Below, one piece after another: positions 19,866 through 30,600 of a DNA stretch of 64,000 nt. Under the pieces are notes generated by a model that made no database searches, had not been told where the DNA came from, and saw nothing but the letters and a program-made list of their open reading frames with translations. Numbering within the stretch: position 1 is the first letter of the stretch; each line of letters begins with the position of its first letter. Position numbers and translations under genes: made by a program. Origin of the DNA: a virus; the IMG/VR virus record IMGVR_UViG_3300020390_000003, positions 8,458-72,457 of that record; one strand, given 5' to 3'.

Positions 19866-21203
19866 ATGGCTTTTGACCTTTTAGCAAACAACTTATCCGG
19901 AGGCCCAGCAGTAATTGATGCTCCCGGTGGTGTTCTCGCAACTGAAGCGAATTTCATCGACGATTATACTTATGCAAATAAGTATCAACCAGAACTTTTA
20001 AAAGATTTACACATGGCGTATGGCCGTGGTAAAATCTTAAAACTTACCGAACTTATTGGTAACACAAGAAGCTACGCTTCTGATCAAATGATTCACGCAG
20101 AAGAAGGGCGTTTACATAACAAGCTTACCAATGTAGCTGTTTCCGGCACAACCTTTACTTCGCCTACACCTCACAACGCTCGTGTAAATGACACGATCTT
20201 AGTAACTGATGGTGTTGTACAAGTACAAGCTACTGTTCAGTCAGTAACAAGTACTACTGTTTTTGTAGCAACTAAAGATGATGGCACTGCTTTCAACTTT
20301 ACCGATACCGTTGATATTATGGTGGATTTCTCTAACTCTTGGGGTAAAGGGGATGATACTTTTGATGAAGCGCGCGAGTGGGACCCTACTAAATTTTATG
20401 CGCATACGCATATCATTAAGGAAACCTACAAGAAAAACAACTCAGACCGTATTCACAGAACTTGGATTCAAACACCTGATGGTCCACGCTGGTATAACCA
20501 CGAAATGATGAATACTTCTACCTTGTTTGATAATAAAGTAGAATTTACTCACATTTTCCACGAGCGTAAGGCTACCGGCCGTAATCGAGGTATGAACGGT
20601 CTTGTTCCTACTGTTGAAACCTATGGTAACATCGCGAATGAGTACATCACAGATATTGAAGAATTGTCTGAGATCGTTCGCAGATTAAAGCAACAAGGTG
20701 GTGCTTGTAACTCATACAATGTATGGCACGATCACCAGCAAGGCGCTTATTTCCGTCAGATGTTATCTGGTGTAAACTCTGCTTATTCAGAAGGAAGTAA
20801 TTATGGTGCTTTTGACAACAGTAAGGATATGGCCTTATTCTTAGGTTTCAAATCAGTTTACATTGACGGAGTTACTTTCCATTTCCAATCATTGGATATT
20901 TTGGAAGATCCTTCACTAATGGGGAGTGATAAATTCCGTGCAACCGGTCTTGCATACTTAATGGTTCCTAACGGAAACATGAGTATTACTGAAGGTGGTA
21001 AAACGGTTAGCCGTCCATTCTACTCAGTAGGATATAGAGAGGATGAGCAATATAGCCGTAGACGTGAACTGAAATTGTTCGGTCCTGGTGGTACTGCTAT
21101 TTCTGGTGACTATTCTAAATGGGATTGGTTGTCTGAAACAATGGGCCAAATTGTAGGAGCTAATAACTACCTAGTAGGTAGAACAGGAGCATTCTACTCT
21201 TAG
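19866..21203 (+). CDS. Major capsid protein
   Basis: 445 aa, position after scaffold, biased codons, SDQMIHAEEGRLH motif, followed by terminator. Confidence 0.85.
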   Translation: MAFDLLANNLSGGPAVIDAPGGVLATEANFIDDYTYANKYQPELLKDLHMAYGRGKILKLTELIGNTRSYASDQMIHAEEGRLHNKLTNVAVSGTTFTSPTPHNARVNDTILVTDGVVQVQATVQSVTSTTVFVATKDDGTAFNFTDTVDIMVDFSNSWGKGDDTFDEAREWDPTKFYAHTHIIKETYKKNNSDRIHRTWIQTPDGPRWYNHEMMNTSTLFDNKVEFTHIFHERKATGRNRGMNGLVPTVETYGNIANEYITDIEELSEIVRRLKQQGGACNSYNVWHDHQQGAYFRQMLSGVNSAYSEGSNYGAFDNSKDMALFLGFKSVYIDGVTFHFQSLDILEDPSLMGSDKFRATGLAYLMVPNGNMSITEGGKTVSRPFYSVGYREDEQYSRRRELKLFGPGGTAISGDYSKWDWLSETMGQIVGANNYLVGRTGAFYS

Positions 21204-21218
21204 AATAAACTAAATAAT

Positions 21219-21246
21219 AAGCAGGGGTTTAGAGCCCCTGCTTTTA
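21219..21246 (+). terminator. Rho-independent terminator
   Basis: AAGCAGGGG/CCCCTGCTT stem followed by T tract. Confidence 0.75.
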
Positions 21247-21270
21247 TATAATAACTTAAAGCAAACGGAA

Positions 21271-22233
21271 ATGGCAAGTAAAACACACGTACAGTTTCAA
21301 TTGATGGGCAAAAAACGCCCACGAAATTGGCAATTACCAATTACAGGTATGATGTTACCACGATATGTTGATGGTAAATACAAAGGAAATAAACAAGTTG
21401 AATACATAAAAGGACACGATAGCATCTTTAAAGAAGATCATATTGGTGATGAAAAACCAAGTTGGGTATGGTTTACCGATGGTCTTTTAGATGTATCAAC
21501 GGGAGATTTAGCGCTATTGCAAATTCTTGAAAATCATAAAATGAAAGACCGTGTTTTTGAGAAAGTAGATGAAGATAAGCAAGCTAAAACTAACCTTGAG
21601 CTTATTGAGAAAAAGCAAAAAGCACTTGAAATGGTTGATATCGCAGACGAAGATAAAATGTATGCAATTGCTACAATTTTAGTAGGGCCACACGTGACTT
21701 CTTTTACACCTGCAATGGTAGAGCATAATCTTAAATCTATGGCATTAGAGCAGCCGGAAAAGATTATGGAAGAAATGGATAACCCTAATTACAATGCAAA
21801 AGTATTAGGTGCGTTGGCCGTGCGTAGAGGTGTTATTGTAATCAACCCTCAGCAAACCTTGATCAGTTGGAAAAATGGAAAAGCAATTTCTCCTGTTGCA
21901 GCAGGTCAAGATCCTATTGTGAAGCTTAGTGATTTCCTTTCTGGCAAGGATGAATTGACACGTAATACGATTCAAGCAATTCAAGAAGAAATCAAACGCA
22001 GTTATAATTTCAAAAAGGATTATACTGCAGAAGAAGAACTCGCTGAATTGTTAGGTGATAATGCTCCCGAAGCTGTAACTTTGCCGGACACAGACGTTGA
22101 TCCTACTGAGAAAGAATTGGAAGAAGCAAGAGCCTCTTACAAAGAAACGTTTGGCAAAGAAGTTTCAAACAACAAGAAAAACGACCTTGAGTGGATCAAG
22201 GAAAAAATAGCCGAAGGTCCTACTGAGGACTAG
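21271..22233 (+). CDS. Conserved post-capsid structural/assembly protein
   Basis: Position after MCP as in crAss-like and Flavobacterium podoviruses. Confidence 0.55.
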   Translation: MASKTHVQFQLMGKKRPRNWQLPITGMMLPRYVDGKYKGNKQVEYIKGHDSIFKEDHIGDEKPSWVWFTDGLLDVSTGDLALLQILENHKMKDRVFEKVDEDKQAKTNLELIEKKQKALEMVDIADEDKMYAIATILVGPHVTSFTPAMVEHNLKSMALEQPEKIMEEMDNPNYNAKVLGALAVRRGVIVINPQQTLISWKNGKAISPVAAGQDPIVKLSDFLSGKDELTRNTIQAIQEEIKRSYNFKKDYTAEEELAELLGDNAPEAVTLPDTDVDPTEKELEEARASYKETFGKEVSNNKKNDLEWIKEKIAEGPTED

Positions 22234-22284
22234 GATTAAAATACTTTCCAGTTGTAATACTGGTTGTGCGTTTCCCGGACGCTT

Positions 22285-22317
22285 CAATCCCCTCGATAAT
22301 GAGGGGATTGTCTTTTT
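22285..22317. terminator. Terminator between convergent genes
   Basis: CAATCCCCTC/GAGGGGATTG stem then TCTTTTT. Confidence 0.7.
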
Positions 22318-22831
22318 ATACTAATTCCTTTAAAGCTTTTTGATAAGCATTATGGGCATCAAGTTCAACATCAAACACACCTAGTGCTATTCTTTTATTG
22401 CCAATCTCGATGGCTGACGTCCATTTTTTTCTTTTCCTATTCCAATAAACGCCTGTATATTTTGAAGAACAGCCTTTTTTATCTTTTGATGAATTTTCTC
22501 TATTAGTAATAAGTTGAAGATTTTCTAAATGATTATTTAGTCTATTATTATCAATATGATCAACAACAATTTTGTTGGTTCCGTCTGACACATAATTTAA
22601 AAAAGCCATTGCTACTAGTCTGTGTACTTTGATATTTTGTTTTTTCCTATTAACACAGAGAATAACCATCAAATACCCCTTACCATCACTACCTGGCTTT
22701 AAAATTTTTTCATCATAATTGTACGTTCGACCGTCTTTGTAAGTTAATGTTTTGGCTAAACTTTTTACATTACCTTTATTACTCACTTGATAAAAGCCTT
22801 CATATCCTGGTATATCTTTGAAAATCTCCAT
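22316..22831 (-). CDS. NUMOD4-HNH homing endonuclease with AP2-like C-terminus
   Basis: FKDIPGYEGFYQVSNKGNVKS; VHRLVA; VDHIDNNRLNNHLENL; SKYTGVYW. Confidence 0.9.
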   Translation of the reverse strand: MEIFKDIPGYEGFYQVSNKGNVKSLAKTLTYKDGRTYNYDEKILKPGSDGKGYLMVILCVNRKKQNIKVHRLVAMAFLNYVSDGTNKIVVDHIDNNRLNNHLENLQLITNRENSSKDKKGCSSKYTGVYWNRKRKKWTSAIEIGNKRIALGVFDVELDAHNAYQKALKELV

Positions 22832-22843
22832 CTTTAGAATATT

Positions 22844-23170
22844 TTAATCTACTGTTTCGAGTTCGCGTGTTAATTCTTCAATATTGATATCGGGTATTCC
22901 GTTGAGTTGTGCGCATTCTTTGATGAGTGCGATGAGCTTTCCTAAATCTTCGGGTTTAAAAGCGAAGCGTGACAAGCGATAACAGTTGTAAGGCGCGTGC
23001 ATAGAAATATCAAATTCGCTCAATTCGCAGCCTTGTATGCCGTTTTGGTTAACCATTATAAACACGTGGTTGATATGGTATTTATCACCTTCTACCGGCC
23101 ATTTCTCTTGCGGTATTTCTTTTGGTTTGTTCTTGGCATCAATACAGATGCAGGGTACAGATTTACTCAT
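22844..23170 (-). CDS. Hypothetical protein
   Basis: ORF in minus-strand operon. Confidence 0.65.
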   Translation of the reverse strand: MSKSVPCICIDAKNKPKEIPQEKWPVEGDKYHINHVFIMVNQNGIQGCELSEFDISMHAPYNCYRLSRFAFKPEDLGKLIALIKECAQLNGIPDINIEELTRELETVD

Positions 23171-23181
23171 TGTTAATTTTA

Positions 23182-23664
23182 TTAAGCGTTTCGCTTTTTT
23201 ATCTCATTATTTTTATAGGTAAGTAGGCAGCTCCCAAGATATTTTCGTTCGCTTTTTACGCGGCAAAATTTGGTGAGTAGCTTTAAAATATCGTGCTTGT
23301 ATCGGTGAAGTATTTTGGCTTTTTTGATTATAGTGATCTCACCATCTTTGTAATACGCTAAACCGGCAAAGTCTTGGATTTCTGAAACATCAATCATACC
23401 TTCTGGGCACACATACCAAAAGTAGTTTGGTATTCCTTTTTCTATTCTCATGTCATAGTAGCGCCACTTTGATTTCTTTGCATCTGCTTTAAAATCTGAT
23501 CTGCTAATCTTAACTTCATATTCAACCACATAGCCGCTTTTTAAAATGCTTGCTACATCTGATTCACTACAAAAGAAAAAGTTGCTCAAATTCTCACAAG
23601 GTAGATTTCCTTTGAGTACTTCGGCTTTACAAATAGCGCTTTGTATTGCTTTGGTTTTTTTCAT
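23182..23664 (-). CDS. MmcB-like PD-(D/E)XK nuclease
   Basis: ESDV, EYEVKISRSDFKAD, NYFWYVCP, FAGL. Confidence 0.75.
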   Translation of the reverse strand: MKKTKAIQSAICKAEVLKGNLPCENLSNFFFCSESDVASILKSGYVVEYEVKISRSDFKADAKKSKWRYYDMRIEKGIPNYFWYVCPEGMIDVSEIQDFAGLAYYKDGEITIIKKAKILHRYKHDILKLLTKFCRVKSERKYLGSCLLTYKNNEIKKRNA

Positions 23665-23966
23665 TATTCAAATGAATTTAAATCGCCTTCAGCTCTAAAC
23701 TTAGTTAGCTGTGAAAGTTCTTTGAGAAGGATTTTGTTTTTTACTTCGCTATCCTCCAAGAATAATTCCATCAAGGCTTGAAGTATTGCAAAAGTTTCAA
23801 TACTGTACAGGTTATCAGTTTTTAAGATTTTACGTTCTTTAAAAGATGCAAGGGTCTTGGTTACTACTCGAAAAGCTTTATATCCTTCTTTATCTTGACA
23901 CAGGTAAATGCCTATTCGCTTATTATTTCCTTTTGCTTGGATAAATTTTAGTACTTTGTTACTCAT
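23664..23966 (-). CDS. Hypothetical protein
   Basis: Coupled ORF. Confidence 0.6.
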   Translation of the reverse strand: MSNKVLKFIQAKGNNKRIGIYLCQDKEGYKAFRVVTKTLASFKERKILKTDNLYSIETFAILQALMELFLEDSEVKNKILLKELSQLTKFRAEGDLNSFE

Positions 23967-24223
23967 TTCTCGGCTTCTATAATTCGTTGTTCTAGTTTTT
24001 GGTACAGATTCATTAAGGCTATCAAGTGATCACGTAATTGATCTTTATCAGCATTGTTTACTAAAGCGTGTTGTGCATCACGCACAGGTTTGATATCCTT
24101 TTTAAATTGCTTGTGGGAATAGCAGGTGCAGCAACTTTTATCTTCTTGATGTAATGAGCCGTAACAACCCGGAATTAAAATCTTTTCACCGGTATCAGGA
24201 TCTTTCACATAGTGGCACACCAT
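23963..24223 (-). CDS. Cys-rich hypothetical protein
   Basis: CHY...IPGCYG...CCTC. Confidence 0.6.
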   Translation of the reverse strand: MVCHYVKDPDTGEKILIPGCYGSLHQEDKSCCTCYSHKQFKKDIKPVRDAQHALVNNADKDQLRDHLIALMNLYQKLEQRIIEAEK

Positions 24224-24413
24224 TATTCTTACATTTACAGGTTTCGTTTTTCATCCAGCAATCACATTGGCGGCTGATTTCGGTATCGAGGTTAAGGCTT
24301 GTTTGGGTCATTTTTCAAATAGTGTTTTTCCGGTTAAAACTGTTTTACCGCAAGAAGTACACTTCATTAAAGTTCTTCCTTGAAGCGTAACACCTGTATT
24401 CTGTAAAGTATGC

Positions 24414-24758
24414 TTATGCGTGTAGATCAGTTTCATCGTTCTTGTTTTTAGCAATAGTCACATCTAACTGCGCAGCCATAAGCGCACCAGACTTTTCAAA
24501 TTCGCGTTGGCGGTTGTCCGGTGTTGGGTTCCAAAATTCTTGATGCCACGGCCAAAATTCTTCTCTACGCCAATCTGTATTATTCATTGCGTATGCTAAT
24601 GACGCGGAAGCCAATTCCTCATTTTCGTAATAGACTTGAAGATCGCGCTCAAAATCATAGCCTTTAACTTCTTTTTGTCTTGCGCGTTCTTTACAGATTG
24701 CAGCGCATCCGGCGCCAAATTCTTTTTCGATTGCTTCTAATAATTCTTGTCGTTTCAT
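24414..24758 (-). CDS. Conserved phage hypothetical protein
   Basis: ERARQ..KGY...D, ELASA...YA, WPW...W.P, R.REFEKSGALMAA pattern common in phages. Confidence 0.7.
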   Translation of the reverse strand: MKRQELLEAIEKEFGAGCAAICKERARQKEVKGYDFERDLQVYYENEELASASLAYAMNNTDWRREEFWPWHQEFWNPTPDNRQREFEKSGALMAAQLDVTIAKNKNDETDLHA

Positions 24759-24908
24759 CGTTTATATTGGTTTTAAATTACTTCTCTTGATCTCTGGCAT
24801 CCCATATAAAGTATAGCCTTAAGCTGATATCTTTATCGCAGCACGTGCACAAGTATTCTGCCCTTCCTAGTCTTTTGATTTCAGCATTGCAGCACGGGGA
24901 TTTTTCCA

Positions 24909-25100
24909 TTACGGTAGTATGTGAAATTCCTCACTTTTTTTGGCGTATCTGGCGACAAAGTGTTTTTGGGCTGCTTTAAAAGCTTCCATCGCTTTGTCTG
25001 GTGGAAACGTGTTAAACATTGTTTCGGCGAATGCTTCTCCTTTTAATTGCGCCTCAGACTTTAGCTGCATTGCGCTTTCTGCTTTTTTAAGTAGTGACAT
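24909..25100 (-). CDS. Hypothetical protein
   Basis: ORF in operon. Confidence 0.5.
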   Translation of the reverse strand: MSLLKKAESAMQLKSEAQLKGEAFAETMFNTFPPDKAMEAFKAAQKHFVARYAKKSEEFHILP

Positions 25101-25101
25101 A

Positions 25102-25308
25102 TTACTTTTTGATTAAATCCTTTACAATTTGCTTTACGCGCTCTGTGGGGTTGCATTTATCTACCCAAAAATCAAAGCTTTGCAGGGTGCTCATATTGAT
25201 CCCTAGCGTGATCTTATCTAGATTGACTTTTTTGCATATCATTGTCTTAGCGATATGCCCTAACCCATTAAAATACGGGCTGTTCTTTAAGGTGTGTTGT
25301 GTGATCAT
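25102..25308 (-). CDS. Hypothetical protein
   Basis: ORF in operon. Confidence 0.5.
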   Translation of the reverse strand: MITQHTLKNSPYFNGLGHIAKTMICKKVNLDKITLGINMSTLQSFDFWVDKCNPTERVKQIVKDLIKK

Positions 25309-25511
25309 TTCTTAAAAATTAAAATGTTGTTGATGCCTTCACGCACGGTAAAGACGTTGTTATCATTCAGATCATTGAGCGCATCGCGTATTTCTAAAAA
25401 GGTGGAGTTTAGATGTTGTGCAATTTGAATGGCACTTATACCGCATTTCCCTCCCGTTTTTTCGTGATAATCTTCAATCACTTTTATGATCTGCTGCTCC
25501 TGTTCTGTCAT
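25305..25511 (-). CDS. Small winged-helix protein
   Basis: First gene of block; ISAIQIAQHL...IRDALNDL...VREG wHTH-like. Confidence 0.55.
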   Translation of the reverse strand: MTEQEQQIIKVIEDYHEKTGGKCGISAIQIAQHLNSTFLEIRDALNDLNDNNVFTVREGINNILIFKK

Positions 25512-25555
25512 TTACACCAAATATATATCTGATTTACATTAAATATAAACTTATT

Positions 25556-25604
25556 TAATACTATAATTCTATTATTTTTGTATTAGATATAATTTTTATT
25601 TATA
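25556..25604 (+). promoter_or_regulatory. Late promoter, copy 1 of a 49-bp perfect repeat
   Basis: TAATACTATAATTCTATTATTTTTGTATTAGATATAATTTTTATTTATA, identical to 42328-42376; contains TATTTTTG. Confidence 0.75.
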
Positions 25605-25609
25605 CCGGA

Positions 25610-26299
25610 ATGATTAATCGTATAAAAAAGAAGGTGGAGTTTTTCTTGAATACTGAGGCGCGAGGCAACTTTACACCGCAGTCTTTTGAAGAAGCATTGC
25701 ACGATGCTATACAAGGCCGTAATGAAGAATATTTTTACGACTTAAACCGATTGATCGTTAGAGAAAACCGCGCGATGATCACCGGCGGTATTGCAAACAT
25801 CACTGATAAATACAGTGAGAAGATTTTGCACTACTTAGAAGAAACAAGTCCTATTCCTGTGGTGAATAAGCGTATTACTTTGCCTGATGATTGGCGCTAT
25901 TTAGACGTTTCAGAATTTTCAGATGGTAGTATGATTGAGTTTTGCAAGGATAAGCGCGAGTTTAATATTCTAAAGACTGAAGCTACCAAGCAATATCCTG
26001 TGTGTATGCTGGCCGGGAATGTATTGTCAATCGCTCCGGCTACCGACACCGATACGGTAACGCTATCCTACCTGAGACAAGTAAAATATCCTAAATGGAC
26101 CTACACTACGATTGATGATGTAGAACTTTTTAATCCGGATGCCGCCGATTTTCAAGATGCAGATATTCACCCGAGCGAAGAAAATGAAATGGTGCGCCGC
26201 GTGTTGATGGCTTTTGGCGTAAATCTTAGCCAAACAGATATTTTGAATTTCACTGTAAACGAAGAAAGAACGGATAATCAACAAGAAAACCAAACATAA
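25610..26299 (+). CDS. Tail ring / head-tail adaptor protein
   Basis: RGNFTPQSF, LSYLRQVKYPKW, DADIHPSEE; position before tail genes. Confidence 0.6.
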   Translation: MINRIKKKVEFFLNTEARGNFTPQSFEEALHDAIQGRNEEYFYDLNRLIVRENRAMITGGIANITDKYSEKILHYLEETSPIPVVNKRITLPDDWRYLDVSEFSDGSMIEFCKDKREFNILKTEATKQYPVCMLAGNVLSIAPATDTDTVTLSYLRQVKYPKWTYTTIDDVELFNPDAADFQDADIHPSEENEMVRRVLMAFGVNLSQTDILNFTVNEERTDNQQENQT

Positions 26300-26865
26300 T
26301 GGAAGAGTGGAAAGATGTTAATGGGTATGAGGGAATGTACCAAATATCTAACAAAGGGAACGTACGCTCTTTGGATAGAATTTCCTATCACAAGAGAGGA
26401 GTGAGTAGATACAAAGGGAAACCTAAAAAAAAACGTATGTCGACTTTTGGTTATTGGATGGTTAGTTTTTCTAAAGAAAATAAAAGCAAGAATTTCTACG
26501 TACACAAATTAATGGGGATTGCATTCATTCCTAATCCAAAAAATAAAAAGTTTATTAATCATAAAAATGGCATTAAAACCGATAATCAATTAGAAAATTT
26601 AGAATGGGTTACTCATAGTGAAAATATGAATCACGCACTTGACACAGGTCTTAGAGTTATGCCTAAAGGTGTTAAAGTCTACAATTCAAAATTAAACCCA
26701 GAAATTATTATATCCGCTAGAAAGGAATACAGCAGAGGTGGTATAACTTATCAAGAAATAGCAGATAAAAACGGTGTATGTAAAAGAGTTATGATGAATG
26801 CAATGAAAGGAAAACACTGGCAGCATGTTACAGAATGTTTGGACTATGAATCTAAAAAATATTAA
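26299..26865 (+). CDS. NUMOD4-HNH homing endonuclease
   Basis: EEWKDVNGYEGMYQISNKGNVRS; INHKNGIKTDNQLENLEWVT. Confidence 0.9.
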   Translation: MEEWKDVNGYEGMYQISNKGNVRSLDRISYHKRGVSRYKGKPKKKRMSTFGYWMVSFSKENKSKNFYVHKLMGIAFIPNPKNKKFINHKNGIKTDNQLENLEWVTHSENMNHALDTGLRVMPKGVKVYNSKLNPEIIISARKEYSRGGITYQEIADKNGVCKRVMMNAMKGKHWQHVTECLDYESKKY

Positions 26866-26867
26866 TT

Positions 26868-27683
26868 ATGGCAGCACAAACACCGTCAGAATATTATGCA
26901 GATGATGCAAGTTGGGGAAACTACCAGTTTATCACGCTGAAAGAATTGGTAGATGAAATGCTTGCCGATAGTACTGATAGTGATAGTTACCTTGCTAATA
27001 CCAAGCGATCACAAATTGTACGCAATCTTAAACGCGGTATTAAAGAACTCAATAGAGATACTAAAAAAACCGTGTATGCTGCACAGCTTACGCTAGGTCC
27101 TAAATTATATTTTGCCTTACCTCAAAGCTATATTGATTGGGTGCGTGTTTCGGTAATTGACGAGCACGGCCGTATGCAGCCGCTTAACATCAATAACAAG
27201 ATCAACACCGCCGCAGGATATCTTCAGAATTATAAGCACGAGCTTTTATTTGATTATCAAGGCCAATTGCTTACTACCGATATGGCCAATGCGTTTCAAA
27301 AACCTTTTATACGCCATACGGTTTGCACCACCAATGATACTTCGTTGCTTTCCAAATTTGGGGAGTTTAAGGTAAGTGATGATCGTAGCACTATTCATTT
27401 CAGTTCTAATCTGCAGGGTAAAGATATTGTGATCGAGTACTTGTCTGATGGTTTAGAAATGGAGAAGATTAAAGAAACTGAAATCAAGGTGAACAAAAGC
27501 TTAACCCAAGCTATACGTTGGTTTGCAATTTCAGAAATTCTTGCATTACGCCGCAATGCTACGCAGTATGATAAAACCACCACACGCAATCGCTATTTAA
27601 AAGAACGTCACAAAGCTTTAATAGATGCTTTGAATTTAGATTTTAATGAGATTGCCCGTGTAATCCCTTCAATGCCCAACTAA
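26868..27683 (+). CDS. Tail ring / tubular protein
   Basis: LPQSYIDWVRVS, IVIEYLSDG; adjacent to tail stabilisation gene. Confidence 0.6.
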   Translation: MAAQTPSEYYADDASWGNYQFITLKELVDEMLADSTDSDSYLANTKRSQIVRNLKRGIKELNRDTKKTVYAAQLTLGPKLYFALPQSYIDWVRVSVIDEHGRMQPLNINNKINTAAGYLQNYKHELLFDYQGQLLTTDMANAFQKPFIRHTVCTTNDTSLLSKFGEFKVSDDRSTIHFSSNLQGKDIVIEYLSDGLEMEKIKETEIKVNKSLTQAIRWFAISEILALRRNATQYDKTTTRNRYLKERHKALIDALNLDFNEIARVIPSMPN

Positions 27684-30600
27684 TGCTTAGACAAAATTTC
27701 ATATCAGGTAGAATGAACAAGGATGCAGATATACGTTTGCTTCCTAAAGGTGAATATCGCGATGCTTTTGGTATTGAAGTGATCAACAGTGAAGGTGATG
27801 ATGTAGGCGCTATTGAACCGATGTTATCAAATAAGCAACTCACGAGTTACGATGTAGGTGCCAATCCTTACGATATGGGGGATTATGCTGATGAGTTTCG
27901 CAAGAAGATTTATTGGCTTGTCGTTTCTGATTCCGGAAGTTTTCTATTTGAATGGGATGATACAAACAAAGTACAATCTTTAGTACTTGGCGATACCCGG
28001 CCAGAGACTACACGCGTATTTAATCTACACAAAGACTATATGGTGACCGGTATGGTAAAAGTCACCACCCAGAATGTAGAAGATGATTTGCTTTTGTTTA
28101 CCGATGATAATATGCAACCTATTTGCATTAACATCGAGCGCGCAAAATCTTGGGGAGTTAATGGTTTTGTTGAAGAAGATATTTTACTCATTAAAAAGCC
28201 ACCGCGTTACGCACCAAGTATTACACCTACCTATACCAATGACGGCAGCAATAACATTGAAGAACGCTTTTTACTATTTGCTTATCGCTATCGCTATTTA
28301 GATGGGGAATATAGTGCCCCGTCAGATTTCAGCAATTACAATTTTAATCCTAAGCCTTTTGATCTTGATTATTTCAGCTTAGACAACTTGGGGATGATCA
28401 ATGCGTTTAACGCAGTAAAGATTGACTTTAATACCGGTGAACGCCAGGTGACGGAAATACAGCTTTTGGTAAAAGAAAGTCTAAGTAACAACCTAAGTAT
28501 CATTGAAACCTTTAGCAAAGAGAAAGAAGGATGGGGAGACAACTTGATCAAGAGTTTTGTTTTTGCCAATGATAAATCGGTTACAGATTTACCCAGCGAT
28601 CAATTGTTGCGCAGCTTTGACAATGTGCCTTTAAAAGCAAAAGCCTTATCCCTTATAGAAAACTTGCCGGTATTCTCAAACTACCTTGAAGGCTACGATA
28701 TCAAGGACCAAGACGGCAACGAAATAAATATCGATTATAATATCGCGCTTCAAAACAACATCATTGAAAGCGGTGATGATTTAACGATCGCTATTTCGCC
28801 GGATACAAAACTTGCAGTCACCAATCCTAATAATTATCCACTTACCGAAGGCCGTCGAATAGTGATTGATTTATCTATGGAGATCAACGGGCTACCGGGA
28901 TATGATAATTCTTTTTTTCATACGCTTGATAGCGATTATCCTACGCTTCACAATGTATTTAATAGCCTTGAGTTTAGAAACTTGCTTGAAGTGATCAATA
29001 GTGATTTTCAGAAAAATTACAATCAGCAAGGCGAATACAGCGTTCCTCCTTCTTACACTTTATCCCAAGATCCTGAGATCACCTATGCCCAAGAAGTTGG
29101 CGTTCCTACTTTTACCGTAAGTCCGGTAACATTTACCGATTCTGACAATGGCGGTGCCACGGTAGAAGTGCCTATCACCTTTGCAGAAAGCAGCAACTTT
29201 GGTGTAGTGGATAATATCAATAGCGGCACTTGTAAAACCAACCGTAATTATGAGGTTGGTCCTGTGTATATGGATAAGTATGGTAGGCGCTCTACTGTGC
29301 TCACTTCAAAAAACAATACGCTTTTTATTCCGCAAGAATATTCTGTGTTTCAGAATAAGTTGATTGCTACAATCAATAGCCCGGCACCGTATTGGGCAGA
29401 CCGCTATAAGCTTGTGGTAAAAGCCACACCATTAGCATATCAAACCATTTACATCACAGAGTTTTATTCTGAGGACTTTTTCACATGGTGCAAGCTAGAA
29501 GGTAAGAATAAAGATAAAGTTGTGATTGGTGACTTCCTGATCGTGAAAAAGGCCGGTGATCAGATTGTTGCTGAGCCTATCAAAGTCAAGGTGCTTGACA
29601 TTAAAGAATTTGACGAGGACTTTATCAAGAACAATACAGATCAAGAAGGTGAAGATATTATTGAGCGAGCTGGACTTTATATGAAAATTAGACCATTGGG
29701 CTTTTCAATGGATAATGATGATTTTGATGTTGAAACAAGAAAATCTCCGATAGGAGCAAATAAAAGTGGTTATCCTAGAACTGTACTTGATTTATTTACA
29801 TCAGGAACAGACCCCGATTTGCAAGAGTTGGCTATACCTGCAGGAACTTCAATTACATTACGCTTAAATAGTTCACGTAATTATGATGATGGTTGGGTAA
29901 ATATAGATTATGATAATGAGTTTTATGCTCAAAGGGATTATGATACAATAGAAGATTGGTTTGACGAAATAATCTTTGGGCGCACTTCTTTAAAAGCAGA
30001 TGATGGAAGCGGTGAGTTTGATTATGATTATTTAGATAGTCCTGACCCTAATCGTGAAAATATGGAACTTATTCGCGATGAAAATGGTTATTTAAAGCTA
30101 ATTGTATGGGGGCTTTTATCTGGAGGAACGCGCAATCGTAGAGGCCGAGTAAGTGCAGAAATTATTGTGCGCACCGGTAGCGGTGTTTATGCTTTTGAAA
30201 CCTTACCCAAGCAAGCAGAAAGTGAACGTTTCTATGAGACAGCACAATGCTTTGATATCGTTAATGGCAATCACTTAGGAAACACCCAAGATCAAGATTT
30301 TGAAAATGGAGCTCCGGCGATTGTAGAAATGGACTTTTTTAATTGCTATACACAAGGCAATGGTATAGAAAGTTTTCGGGTGCGCGATGAATTTAATACC
30401 AACTATCTAAGCATCGACACCAGACCATCATCAACAAGCGTTGAGCAGTATAGAGCCGTGCGTAGATTCGCCGATATGACTTACGGTAAGCCTTATATTG
30501 AAAGCACCAATATTAATGGCTTAAACGAGTTTAATTTAAGTAATGCCAATTTCAAAGAGTTAGACAAGCAGTATGGTAGCATTCAGAAAACTTTAAATCG